A DNA stretch of 64,000 nt. Origin: an uncultured Desulfocicer sp. (GTDB taxonomy: Bacteria > Desulfobacterota > Desulfobacteria > Desulfobacterales > SURF-7). The position numbers were made by a program, and so were the translations under genes. The notes under the pieces are model-generated. The model did no database searches. It was not told where the DNA came from and worked only from the letters and a program-made list of their open reading frames with translations. The DNA lies in the NCBI GenBank assembly GCA_964437395.1, contig CAYTGW010000001.1:4153-68152 (forward strand), written 5' to 3'. This document shows positions 9,514-17,804 of this stretch, one piece after another; the first letter of the stretch is position 1, and the number at the start of each line of letters is the position of its first letter.

Positions 9514-9915
9514 GTGAACCCCAAACAGATCCGAATCGCATTCTTGTTTTACGTGTTTTCCGTGATTCTATCGGAAAGCACCTTGGGGAATCCCGGTTTT
9601 CCAATTACCTTGTGGGCATTTCAAAAAATTTCCGTATTTTACTGGAGTGTTCCGGTTCATAGCATTGGATTTTTATGGCTTCTCTTCTGGGTAAAAATCC
9701 TGCGTAATAAACCCATCCTGTTTTCAATACTGGCCTCCAGCCTTTTTTTCCTGGTCATGGAAACAGCCAACTGGTTTGTTTTTCAATTTTTTACCTATGA
9801 ACCATATCTATTCGGGGCTGAGGGATCGTTTGCAATGATCATATTGCTTTACGTAATTCTGTGTTCCGTCACCTGTATGATTCTGCGTCAGGATACGAGA
9901 TGGCGGGTGTTATAA
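9514..9915 (+). CDS. Small integral membrane protein, function unknown
   Basis: 133-aa ORF with a GTG start preceded by AAGGAT. It has about four hydrophobic segments. Confidence 0.45.
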   Translation: MNPKQIRIAFLFYVFSVILSESTLGNPGFPITLWAFQKISVFYWSVPVHSIGFLWLLFWVKILRNKPILFSILASSLFFLVMETANWFVFQFFTYEPYLFGAEGSFAMIILLYVILCSVTCMILRQDTRWRVL

Positions 9916-11853
9916 TAACAATGTATGTTCTTTATTCCGGGTTTCATTTTCCGCGGTAATCCGAATGGCCCTTTTCCCGCTGACCGGACACTCATGTTCA
10001 CAGGTACCACATCCGATGCAGGTTTCCGGGTTTACAAACGGCTTTTGCAGCCGGACAAAAATTTCAATTGCACTGCCGGTTTCCGGTTGAGTTTTCCAGG
10101 GTGAATTTTCTGCAATCTGGATGGAATCGTCACTGTTTCGGACAATCAACTGATATTCATCTGTTTCAGCCGAGGAGACATGGATAAAATAATCACCGGT
10201 TGCATATTTGCCGGATTGCAAAACTCCTCCCTGGACCGTAAGGGTGTCGGGGGTGATGGTATGGATTTTCAGCTCACTGCTTAGCCAGACCTTCTCATAG
10301 GAGATGCGGGTATAAATGGCCTTGGGGCTTACCGGACAGTTTTCCTGACAAACAATGCACGGTTTATTCATGGCCCAGGGCAGACAGCGGCTTCGATCCA
10401 CAAAAGCAGTTCCAATCCGGATGGGACCACTTGCGAAAAAATCGTCTTTCCCCAGTTTTTCCGAAAGACGGATGGGCCGGATGGCAGCCGTGGGGCAGAT
10501 ATTGCCGCAGGCAATGCAGTTCTGCTGGCAGCCGCTGGTTCCAATCCGAAAATTCAGCCTGGGTGTCCACAACTCCTCGATGCCAAAAACAAAACCGGCC
10601 GGCTGAATGATGTTTGTCGGACAGATCCGCATACACTGGCCGCATTTAATGCACCTTGCCAGAAATGATTTTTCATCAAGGGCTCCCGGGGGCCGGATCA
10701 GATCCGGGTTCCAGTTTTGGCCCAGATTTCCGCCCAATCGAAGGATCGGAACCATCGCCGCTCCGGAAACAGCAGAAACAATCAAATCCCGTCTTTCCAT
10801 ATCCGGAGCGAGAATCTCTCCGGCGACAGAAGGGGATAAAGAGTATTCCATCAGGTCATCCGGGCAGCAAGGCAAGCAATTCATGCAAAGGACGCATTCA
10901 CTGGTTCTGATCTGATGGGAAGGTTCGCATGCACCATCACAATTGGCCTCACACAAATTGCAGTGGGTGCATTTACCGGGCTTTTGACCGATTCGCCATA
11001 TTGAATACCGGCCAAGGAGTCCGAATAAAGCGCCAAGCGGACAGATAAACCGGCAGTAGAATCGGGGGATCAGAAGATTGAGAAATATTGCAGTGAAAAA
11101 GATGCCGCCAATGAACCAAGCCTGTTCATAATACCTTGCATTGGTGGAAAACAACAGGGAGGTTTTATCCATAAAAGGCAGGATTACCAGGTTGACAGAC
11201 CGGTGGATCAGGGGAATCGGATCGAGCAGGCCGGTCAGAAGGGATGTGGAAAAAATTCCATTCATGTGTAACATGCTGGTGATCACAATAAAGATCGCTA
11301 CACTGATACTGAACAACAGAAAGGTTTTTCCCGAGTCTGTCATATGGTTGATTGATGCGGAAATCAGCAGGATTACAAGGGTTGTAACCAGCAGGGCGGA
11401 AAAAAAGACCGGAGAGCCCCAAGGAGAAGATTGAATCAGGTTGATGGATTCTGCGGCTGCAGCCGTGAGCAGAAAAATAAGAATCCAGTATTTCAGGTAT
11501 TGGGTTTTGTGATATTGGTTGATCTTTATTTTTTCCAAAGTCTTTTTGTTTTTTTTCCCCAGATATCCCATCGACTGGTGAAGCGTTCCAAATGGGCAGA
11601 CCCAGCCGCAGAAAAAGCGGCCCAATAGGATGGTCAGGACAAGGGTTGCCACGCACCAGGCTAGGCCATTAAACAGGGTATGGGTGGTCAGGAAGGTTCC
11701 GATGCCAACCAGCGGATCCAGTTGAAGGAACCAGTTTATCGGCCAGCCCCGAAGCTGCCACCAGTTTTCTCCAAGGGTTTCCTCCAGGCAGAACCATAAA
11801 AAAAGGATCATAAAAAAGATCTGGGAAATTCTTCGGGTCAGGATAATGTTCAT
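9910..11853 (-). CDS. Membrane-bound polyferredoxin (NapH/NosR-like N-terminal membrane domain plus multiple 4Fe-4S domains)
   Basis: 647 aa. CGWVCPFGTL and FYCRFICPLGALFG membrane motifs, then at least six CxxCxxCxxxCP-type clusters (for example CIKCGQCMRICP and CIGCGTCEHECP). Confidence 0.75.
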   Translation of the reverse strand: MNIILTRRISQIFFMILFLWFCLEETLGENWWQLRGWPINWFLQLDPLVGIGTFLTTHTLFNGLAWCVATLVLTILLGRFFCGWVCPFGTLHQSMGYLGKKNKKTLEKIKINQYHKTQYLKYWILIFLLTAAAAESINLIQSSPWGSPVFFSALLVTTLVILLISASINHMTDSGKTFLLFSISVAIFIVITSMLHMNGIFSTSLLTGLLDPIPLIHRSVNLVILPFMDKTSLLFSTNARYYEQAWFIGGIFFTAIFLNLLIPRFYCRFICPLGALFGLLGRYSIWRIGQKPGKCTHCNLCEANCDGACEPSHQIRTSECVLCMNCLPCCPDDLMEYSLSPSVAGEILAPDMERRDLIVSAVSGAAMVPILRLGGNLGQNWNPDLIRPPGALDEKSFLARCIKCGQCMRICPTNIIQPAGFVFGIEELWTPRLNFRIGTSGCQQNCIACGNICPTAAIRPIRLSEKLGKDDFFASGPIRIGTAFVDRSRCLPWAMNKPCIVCQENCPVSPKAIYTRISYEKVWLSSELKIHTITPDTLTVQGGVLQSGKYATGDYFIHVSSAETDEYQLIVRNSDDSIQIAENSPWKTQPETGSAIEIFVRLQKPFVNPETCIGCGTCEHECPVSGKRAIRITAENETRNKEHTLLL

Positions 11854-12836
11854 GTGCGTATCAGTTTCAATGAGGTATAATCAGCCTGCCCGGTTCCGGC
11901 TTCTTCTGCTTTCTGGATAAATGGGAAATCCGCTGCGGTTTTTCCGAGCAGTGTCGCACCAAAAGAATCGGCTGCAACCTGATCCGTACTTACAATCATG
12001 GTGTCTGTCTGCTTCAGATCGGAAAGTGATCCTCCGGTAGGGCCGTTGGTCATCATGGTAACGGTTCCGTCCAGGATGACCAGTGTGGGTTTTATCATCA
12101 TGGCCAGCTCCTTGATGATGTTATGGATATCCTGGTGAAACACATTCCGTCTGCCACCGAGAACACCATACCAGTTCTTGATGGACATGCTGGCTCCGCT
12201 TCGGTGATGATCTTTGACCGGAGAGATACCGATCACCTTGGTTACACCATCAAACGGTTCATACAAAAACGGCCAGTCCTTGATCAGGGTTCCTCCGGGT
12301 ACGGTCATCTTTCTGAAAAAGCTGTCTTTGGGCAAGAACACCTCAGCCCCTGCTTGTTTGGCCGAAGCTTCGATTCCGGTCAGGGCAAAACAGCTTGCCG
12401 GATCATTGATGGGATTATCGGTCACCCGGACCGAAGATGCACCAGCCCGTAAACAGAGACGGGCTACCTCGCCAAGCAGAAGGGGATGCGTTGTCGCTGA
12501 AAGGACAGAGGGTGTTGCAAAAGCAGCATTGACTTTCAGGAGGACACGATCTCCTTTTTGGATAAAGGTTTCAATTCCACCAAGGGACAGCAGGGCTTTG
12601 TTCACAGTTACAACCCGGTCTTTTCCCGTTGCGATCGCAATTCTGCCGGCCTGGGAAGGGATGGAAAAATCAGGCAGATCAATTTGATCCTTTCGTGTAT
12701 CCAGGGGTTCCGGGCCGGAGACGTCATAAAATCCATATCCCATGCCACAGGCAGCGGCCATACTGATCCCTGCTTTGGTACACCGGATCATAAACTGTCT
12801 TCGGGTGGTTTGGCTGTCAATGGCCGGGTCCGTCAT
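11850..12836 (-). CDS. Tat-signal DUF362-like protein
   Basis: 328 aa. Twin-arginine motif TRRQFMIRCTKAGISMAAA. The body resembles DUF362 from memory. The stop overlaps the start of the polyferredoxin gene. Confidence 0.6.
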   Translation of the reverse strand: MTDPAIDSQTTRRQFMIRCTKAGISMAAACGMGYGFYDVSGPEPLDTRKDQIDLPDFSIPSQAGRIAIATGKDRVVTVNKALLSLGGIETFIQKGDRVLLKVNAAFATPSVLSATTHPLLLGEVARLCLRAGASSVRVTDNPINDPASCFALTGIEASAKQAGAEVFLPKDSFFRKMTVPGGTLIKDWPFLYEPFDGVTKVIGISPVKDHHRSGASMSIKNWYGVLGGRRNVFHQDIHNIIKELAMMIKPTLVILDGTVTMMTNGPTGGSLSDLKQTDTMIVSTDQVAADSFGATLLGKTAADFPFIQKAEEAGTGQADYTSLKLIRT

Positions 12837-13843
12837 TTGGTTGCCTCACCAATACCGTTATATAGAGTAGTCGCCATGGACTCAGCTGCATCCTGACTTC
12901 CGGCCTCATGAACTCCCAGCAAATATCTTCCGGAAGTAAAAAACAGTTCATACGAACCGAATATTTCAATCAGCCTGGAATCCCCATGTTTTGGGTTTAA
13001 TGGCACCTCAGTCCCACCAAAGGTTTTCAGAAAAGTCCCATATTCGTCAGCCAGTTTTCGGGCATTTTCAGAAGTTCCCCGATTGGACAGAAAGATCATG
13101 AGTTCTTTTCCATCAACCATACACCGGGAGGTGTAGACATTGTCCAGTTTGTCAAAACCAAAGGCATTGGACGGAATCATGGAAATCCGGTTTGGGTCTG
13201 AACAGGAGTCCGGAAACAGGGAAATCTCAGAAAATGCGCTTTTGTCTGATACTGCGTTTTGGATAAAATGTTTCAAGAACGCTGTTATAAATTGCTTCAT
13301 CTCCGGATTTACCTGTGAACCGATTACCTCCAGATAGAACATCCCCTGAGCGACAAAAAAAGCGTTTTCAGTCTGGTAGGAAAATTCGGATAGTTCTGTA
13401 GGTATTCCACCATCACGACGTTGCATGCTGAATACAGAAAATGCGTTTGAGGCGGTTTCCATCTCATAGATAAAAACTTCCATCCAGAGTTCAGGGTCAT
13501 GGTCTGACTGAATCCGCTGGCAGAGAAGCTGTTTGAATCCAGCGGAAAGATACAGTTCCGCCTTTCCATCGATTTTTTCAAACAGGGTGGCTGGTGTAAA
13601 AACCTCAGAAGGTGTCATGGGTTTCATGCCCTGAGGAAGGGAGATTGCGGCTTTTGGGTCAGACGGTGGAAAAGATGCATCGATTTTTTTTTCTCTGTTC
13701 CCAAAATCCTGATGGGAAATAACCGCAGGGTTGAACTGAAACTGGCGCAGGAAAATCCCAACGGCAATTCCAGCCAGAACCGTCAATATCAGAGCGCTGA
13801 TCGTGCTTTCCTTCTTCGACACCTTCCGGATTTTTTTTTTCAT
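12833..13843 (-). CDS. N-terminally membrane-anchored protein of unknown function
   Basis: 336 aa with a basic N-terminus followed by one hydrophobic helix (ALILTVLAGIAVGIFL). The stop overlaps the start of the DUF362-like gene. Confidence 0.5.
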   Translation of the reverse strand: MKKKIRKVSKKESTISALILTVLAGIAVGIFLRQFQFNPAVISHQDFGNREKKIDASFPPSDPKAAISLPQGMKPMTPSEVFTPATLFEKIDGKAELYLSAGFKQLLCQRIQSDHDPELWMEVFIYEMETASNAFSVFSMQRRDGGIPTELSEFSYQTENAFFVAQGMFYLEVIGSQVNPEMKQFITAFLKHFIQNAVSDKSAFSEISLFPDSCSDPNRISMIPSNAFGFDKLDNVYTSRCMVDGKELMIFLSNRGTSENARKLADEYGTFLKTFGGTEVPLNPKHGDSRLIEIFGSYELFFTSGRYLLGVHEAGSQDAAESMATTLYNGIGEATK

Positions 13844-13859
13844 ACGGCTCTTATCCGGT

Positions 13860-15077
13860 CTATGCCAGCATGTCCGATGCTTTTCTCATCAGATTTCCGA
13901 TCTCGATCTTCTGCGGGCATTGTCTTTCAGCAGAGGAAAAGTCAACTGCGGCAATCCGCTGCCGGATATCCTTTGGCATCCGGCTTACGATCAATTCAGA
14001 GAACTCCTTTTCTCCATAGGTTTCCTGGTACATGAGATATCTCATGATATCACTGATCGGAACTTTTCTCTGGATTTCCGCTTCACAGATATGGGCGCAG
14101 CCGGCACAATACCCGGAACAGGTATCCAGGGCATACTGGTGCATCAGTTCTATATCTTTTACAGCCAGGCTGGTTTTATTCAGGGCAGCGGAGATGTTGG
14201 ACATGAGTATGGTTGAATTGGGCATCTGGGAGCAGAGACTGGCGATATCCGGATTTTCCCAGACGGCTTTGAGTTTGGCCTGTTTGTCGGTGAATCCTTT
14301 TTGGATAAATCGGCCGGCCATCTGAATCTCCGTATCAGAGCTGGTTTTCACCGATCCGCCGCCCTGGGTTTTCATGGCAGTGACACCGATTCCAGCCTCG
14401 ATGCAGGCCTGGAGAGCTTCCTTCATGTCATTTTGGTGCATAAGTCGGAAATTATAGGTGGTCATGATGCCGTCTATCCAGCCAAGTTTTGCGGCGCTCA
14501 TCAGGCACGACTGCATATTCTGGTGGGTACTGAACCCGAACAGCCGGATTTTGCCTTGCTTTTTTGCATTTTCCGCCCACTTCCGGACCTTGTCGTTCAG
14601 GGGGTCGGTGCTGCTAAGGGCGTGCATGAAATACAGGTCAATGTAGTCTGTGCCCATCCGTTTTAAGGATGTATCCAGCATCGTGGTCATCTCTTCTGTG
14701 TCCAGGGTATAGGCTTTGGATACCAGAAAGATTTTGCTGCGATCCTGGGGTTTGCTCTGAAAATATTTGCCGATCCCGGTTTCACTTACACCATTGCCAT
14801 ATGAATTGGCTGTATCCCAGTAAGTCACTCCGAATTTCATGGCCAGATTCAGGACAATTTTGTTGGAGGGAATATCAAACATGCCGCCGAGGGAGAGAAT
14901 GGAAACCTCTTTTCCGGTTTTTCCGAACTTTCGTGTGGGAACAATCATATTCTGGCTTGATTCTGCAACAGCATTCTGCTGAAACAGCGGCTGGGATGCA
15001 AGTGCGCTGACACCGACTGTTCCCGCGGTTTTTAAAAAAGCCCTTCGAGAACATCCTTTTCCCTTTGATGACGTCAT
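13860..15077 (-). CDS. Tat-exported aldo/keto reductase with a C-terminal Cys cluster
   Basis: 405 aa. SRRAFLKTAGTVGVSALA twin-arginine signal, AKR motif GVTYWDTANSYGNG, and a distal CSGYCAGCAHIC cluster. Confidence 0.8.
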   Translation of the reverse strand: MTSSKGKGCSRRAFLKTAGTVGVSALASQPLFQQNAVAESSQNMIVPTRKFGKTGKEVSILSLGGMFDIPSNKIVLNLAMKFGVTYWDTANSYGNGVSETGIGKYFQSKPQDRSKIFLVSKAYTLDTEEMTTMLDTSLKRMGTDYIDLYFMHALSSTDPLNDKVRKWAENAKKQGKIRLFGFSTHQNMQSCLMSAAKLGWIDGIMTTYNFRLMHQNDMKEALQACIEAGIGVTAMKTQGGGSVKTSSDTEIQMAGRFIQKGFTDKQAKLKAVWENPDIASLCSQMPNSTILMSNISAALNKTSLAVKDIELMHQYALDTCSGYCAGCAHICEAEIQRKVPISDIMRYLMYQETYGEKEFSELIVSRMPKDIRQRIAAVDFSSAERQCPQKIEIGNLMRKASDMLA

Positions 15078-15098
15078 AAAAGTCTCCTTTATGTGGAT

Positions 15099-16025
15099 TT
15101 ATAAATACAGGTTTTTTTTCATGAATGCACCGTCTTTTTCAAAGAAAATATCAACCTTGTCCAGCAGCCTTTTTGCCTTTTCCTTTGTGGCTTCATTGGC
15201 AAAGGCTTTTTCCGGGAGCAGATCTTCAGGAGCCGAAATAATCTTGTTCAGGGTAGAGACAAAAAGCTCCCGATCCTGGGTCTGAACGCAATAATATTTG
15301 GCAAACAGAAGATGCCAGGGTAAAAATTTGGATTCCGATATCTGAAACGCTTTGTCAAAATGATATTTTGCAAGCTCCAGATCCCCGCCCATGTCATTGG
15401 ACTTTGTAGAATGATAGGATCCGAACATAACATGAATTGCGCCAAAGTTGAAGGTGTCGTCAAGCTCCATCATTCGATCCATCATGGCAAGCACCTTTGG
15501 ACGGTCATTATTCACAATGGATATATCAAATCTCCACCCAAGTCCGAGGTAGGAGAGCCAGCTGTTTGTGGAAAAAAACAAGGCGCGTGCATCATCCTTG
15601 GTGAGTTCTTTCAATCCTTGTTCAAATTCGTCATTTGAACAAGCCAGCGGATCTCCCATTGCCTCGTTTTGTTTCAGGGCTCTCAAGGCATAGTCCCGGG
15701 CTTTTTTGTGGAGTTTCGCAGCCCGCCATTTGTCATTGTCTTCGACAAAAAGAAAAGCATACCCGCTGTAAGCTTCTGCTGCCCTGAGGAGAAGATCCCG
15801 GTTATCCGGAGATGCTTCAATAAATCCGTCCAATTGGATCAGGCTTGCCGGCATAGCCTGGCGCACGGTTTCCACATCTTTGTTTTGATTCGTGGAAATA
15901 CTCATTTTTTCCATGATCGGTTTCATGTTGCTGATCATCAATTCTGTTCGTGCCGCACTGGTACAACCCATGAGCATGATCGCCAAAAGAGGTATCAGTA
16001 AAGTCTGATTTTGAATCTTCACCAT
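15099..16025 (-). CDS. Lipoprotein, TatT-like TPR-type protein (tentative)
   Basis: 308 aa with the lipobox LMGC at the end of the signal peptide. Helical-repeat body. The resemblance to the TRAP-T-associated TatT family is from memory only. Confidence 0.5.
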   Translation of the reverse strand: MVKIQNQTLLIPLLAIMLMGCTSAARTELMISNMKPIMEKMSISTNQNKDVETVRQAMPASLIQLDGFIEASPDNRDLLLRAAEAYSGYAFLFVEDNDKWRAAKLHKKARDYALRALKQNEAMGDPLACSNDEFEQGLKELTKDDARALFFSTNSWLSYLGLGWRFDISIVNNDRPKVLAMMDRMMELDDTFNFGAIHVMFGSYHSTKSNDMGGDLELAKYHFDKAFQISESKFLPWHLLFAKYYCVQTQDRELFVSTLNKIISAPEDLLPEKAFANEATKEKAKRLLDKVDIFFEKDGAFMKKNLYL

Positions 16026-16165
16026 GGAACTCTCCTTCTGTTCTGTGTCAATGGTTATTCCCTAACAGCCGGCTTCTTTTCCTATTATAAATATTGATAG
16101 ACGCTGGTTTCAATATCAGGAAAAATATTAATATTCAAGAGGATCGGATGATAATTATGATATGC

Positions 16166-16474
16166 TCATACAGTGGGATTTGTTTCACAGGCGTTGTTCA
16201 GATCTTGAGCCATTTTTGAAAGATCATCGGTTGCCATTAAAATTTCAGAGACACCTGCTTTGGTTTGCGTCACGGATGTTACAAGTCTTTTAATGCTTTC
16301 CATGGTCTCACCGCTTCCACCAGCACCCATTCTGACACGGCTGGCGATCTCTTCTGCTGAAGTTGTCTGCTTCTCAATGGCTTTTAAAATTTCATCCTGA
16401 ATACGGGTCATACTGGAAATTACTTTCGATATGGCTTCAACTGCTTTATTTGTATACAGGGTATCAGACATGTT
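16166..16474 (-). CDS. Stand-alone fragment-like protein (102 aa) matching only the C-terminal part of a methyl-accepting chemotaxis signalling domain
   Basis: Internal ATG at 16474 preceded by AAGGAGA. The sequence QTTSAEEIASRV..LVTSVTQTKAGVSEI..ATDDLSKMAQDL resembles the distal helix of MCP signalling domains. It has no sensor, HAMP or transmembrane part. Confidence 0.5.
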   Translation of the reverse strand, partial: NMSDTLYTNKAVEAISKVISSMTRIQDEILKAIEKQTTSAEEIASRVRMGAGGSGETMESIKRLVTSVTQTKAGVSEILMATDDLSKMAQDLNNACETNPTV

Positions 16475-16508
16475 GTCTCCTTGGAAAATGATAGGATGGT
16501 ATTTTTTC

Positions 16509-16660
16509 CTATGAGCCAATTTCAAAAGTCTGTTGTTGTAGTTCCGGCGAAAGCCGGACACAAATTGAAGCGTAACAGTATCCAGTATTTTCAGTTCTTT
16601 TCTGGACATCGGCTTTCGCCGGTGTGACGCTTTTCAATCGTTTTGAAATTGGCTCCTATG
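16509..16660. repeat. ~150-nt imperfect palindromic element (inverted duplication of a ~50-nt module)
   Basis: GAGCCAATTTCAAAA (16513..16527) is the exact reverse complement of 16641..16655. CCGGCGAAAGCCG (16544..16556) is the exact reverse complement of 16610..16622. An 18-nt piece recurs at 55611..55628 (17/18 match). Confidence 0.6.
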
Positions 16661-16858
16661 ATCTGATTATCAGAAAAAGTTGATTTGGAATAGATCAAAA
16701 TGTCTTTTACCTGCTTTACAATCCCTGGATAAGCTGATACATAAACATTACATCAAGTTCCTGTATCAGTTATGAAATTCATCTGTTAATTCCGTATTCA
16801 GAATTTCGGATTTCATTTTAAAATCATAGCATGAGCCAATATGAAAATGAGGTGATCG

Positions 16859-17743
16859 ATGACAGAATGTGTTCGATATGATGATGCACTGGATCATTTA
16901 TTGGGGTTGTTGAAGCTTGAAAAAATAGAAGAGAACATATTTCGTGGCAACAGCCAGGATTTGGGATTTGGAAATGTGTTCGGTGGGCAGGTTCTCGGGC
17001 AGGCGTTGTCCGCAGCTTCCCAAACCGTTACGCCGGAACGCGGTGTGCACAGGCTGCATGCGTATTTTATGAGGCCCGGTGATCCGGCAAAACCGATCAT
17101 CTATCAGGTTGATTGCATCCGGGATGGTAAAAGCTTTACAACCCGGCGGGTGGTCGCCATTCAAAAAGGCCAGGCCATATTTTCCCTGTCTGCGTCCTTT
17201 CAAATTCAGGAAGAAGGTTTTGAGCACCAAGACTCTATTCCTGACGTTCCAGGGCCTGAAGGGCTTCTGTCAGAAATGGAAAGAGCAATGCAAGTCAAAG
17301 ACCAGATTCCTGTCTCAATACGCGACAAAATATTGTGCGTGAAACCCATTGAGATCAGGCCGATAAACCCCATCAACCCTTTTGCACCAACCAGGGAAAA
17401 ACCGGTTAGATATTCATGGTTCAAAACCATACATAAAATGCCGGATGATATTGCCGTGCACAAATATTTATTGGCGTACGCATCTGATTTCGGGCTGGTT
17501 GCAACTGCGCTTTATCCTCACGGACATACATTCTGGGAACCAGCCATGCAGGTTGCGAGCCTGGATCATGCCATGTGGTTTCATCGCGACTTCCGGATTG
17601 ACGAGTGGCTGCTGTATGTTATGGAAAGTCCCAGTGCAAGCAAGGCAAGGGGGCTGTGCCATGGTAATATTTATACCCAGGACGGGCGGCTGGTCGCATC
17701 CACCACTCAGGAGGGTTTGATCCGGTACCGGCCCAGGAAATAG
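16859..17743 (+). CDS. tesB: Acyl-CoA thioesterase II
   Basis: 294 aa. N-terminal LLKLEKIEENIFRGNSQDLGFGNVFGGQVLGQAL and a double hot-dog length typical of TesB. Confidence 0.85.
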   Translation: MTECVRYDDALDHLLGLLKLEKIEENIFRGNSQDLGFGNVFGGQVLGQALSAASQTVTPERGVHRLHAYFMRPGDPAKPIIYQVDCIRDGKSFTTRRVVAIQKGQAIFSLSASFQIQEEGFEHQDSIPDVPGPEGLLSEMERAMQVKDQIPVSIRDKILCVKPIEIRPINPINPFAPTREKPVRYSWFKTIHKMPDDIAVHKYLLAYASDFGLVATALYPHGHTFWEPAMQVASLDHAMWFHRDFRIDEWLLYVMESPSASKARGLCHGNIYTQDGRLVASTTQEGLIRYRPRK

Positions 17744-17804
17744 CATTTTTTTTCATTCAGTTTGTTTCGACATCATCAATATGCATGAAAACAAAGAAAT
17801 CTTA

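Noticed and set aside
16475-16609. The 45-codon N-terminal extension of ORF 16166..16609.
   Set aside because: It runs through the palindromic repeat. The internal ATG at 16474 has a strong AAGGAGA RBS, and the extension has no protein-like features.
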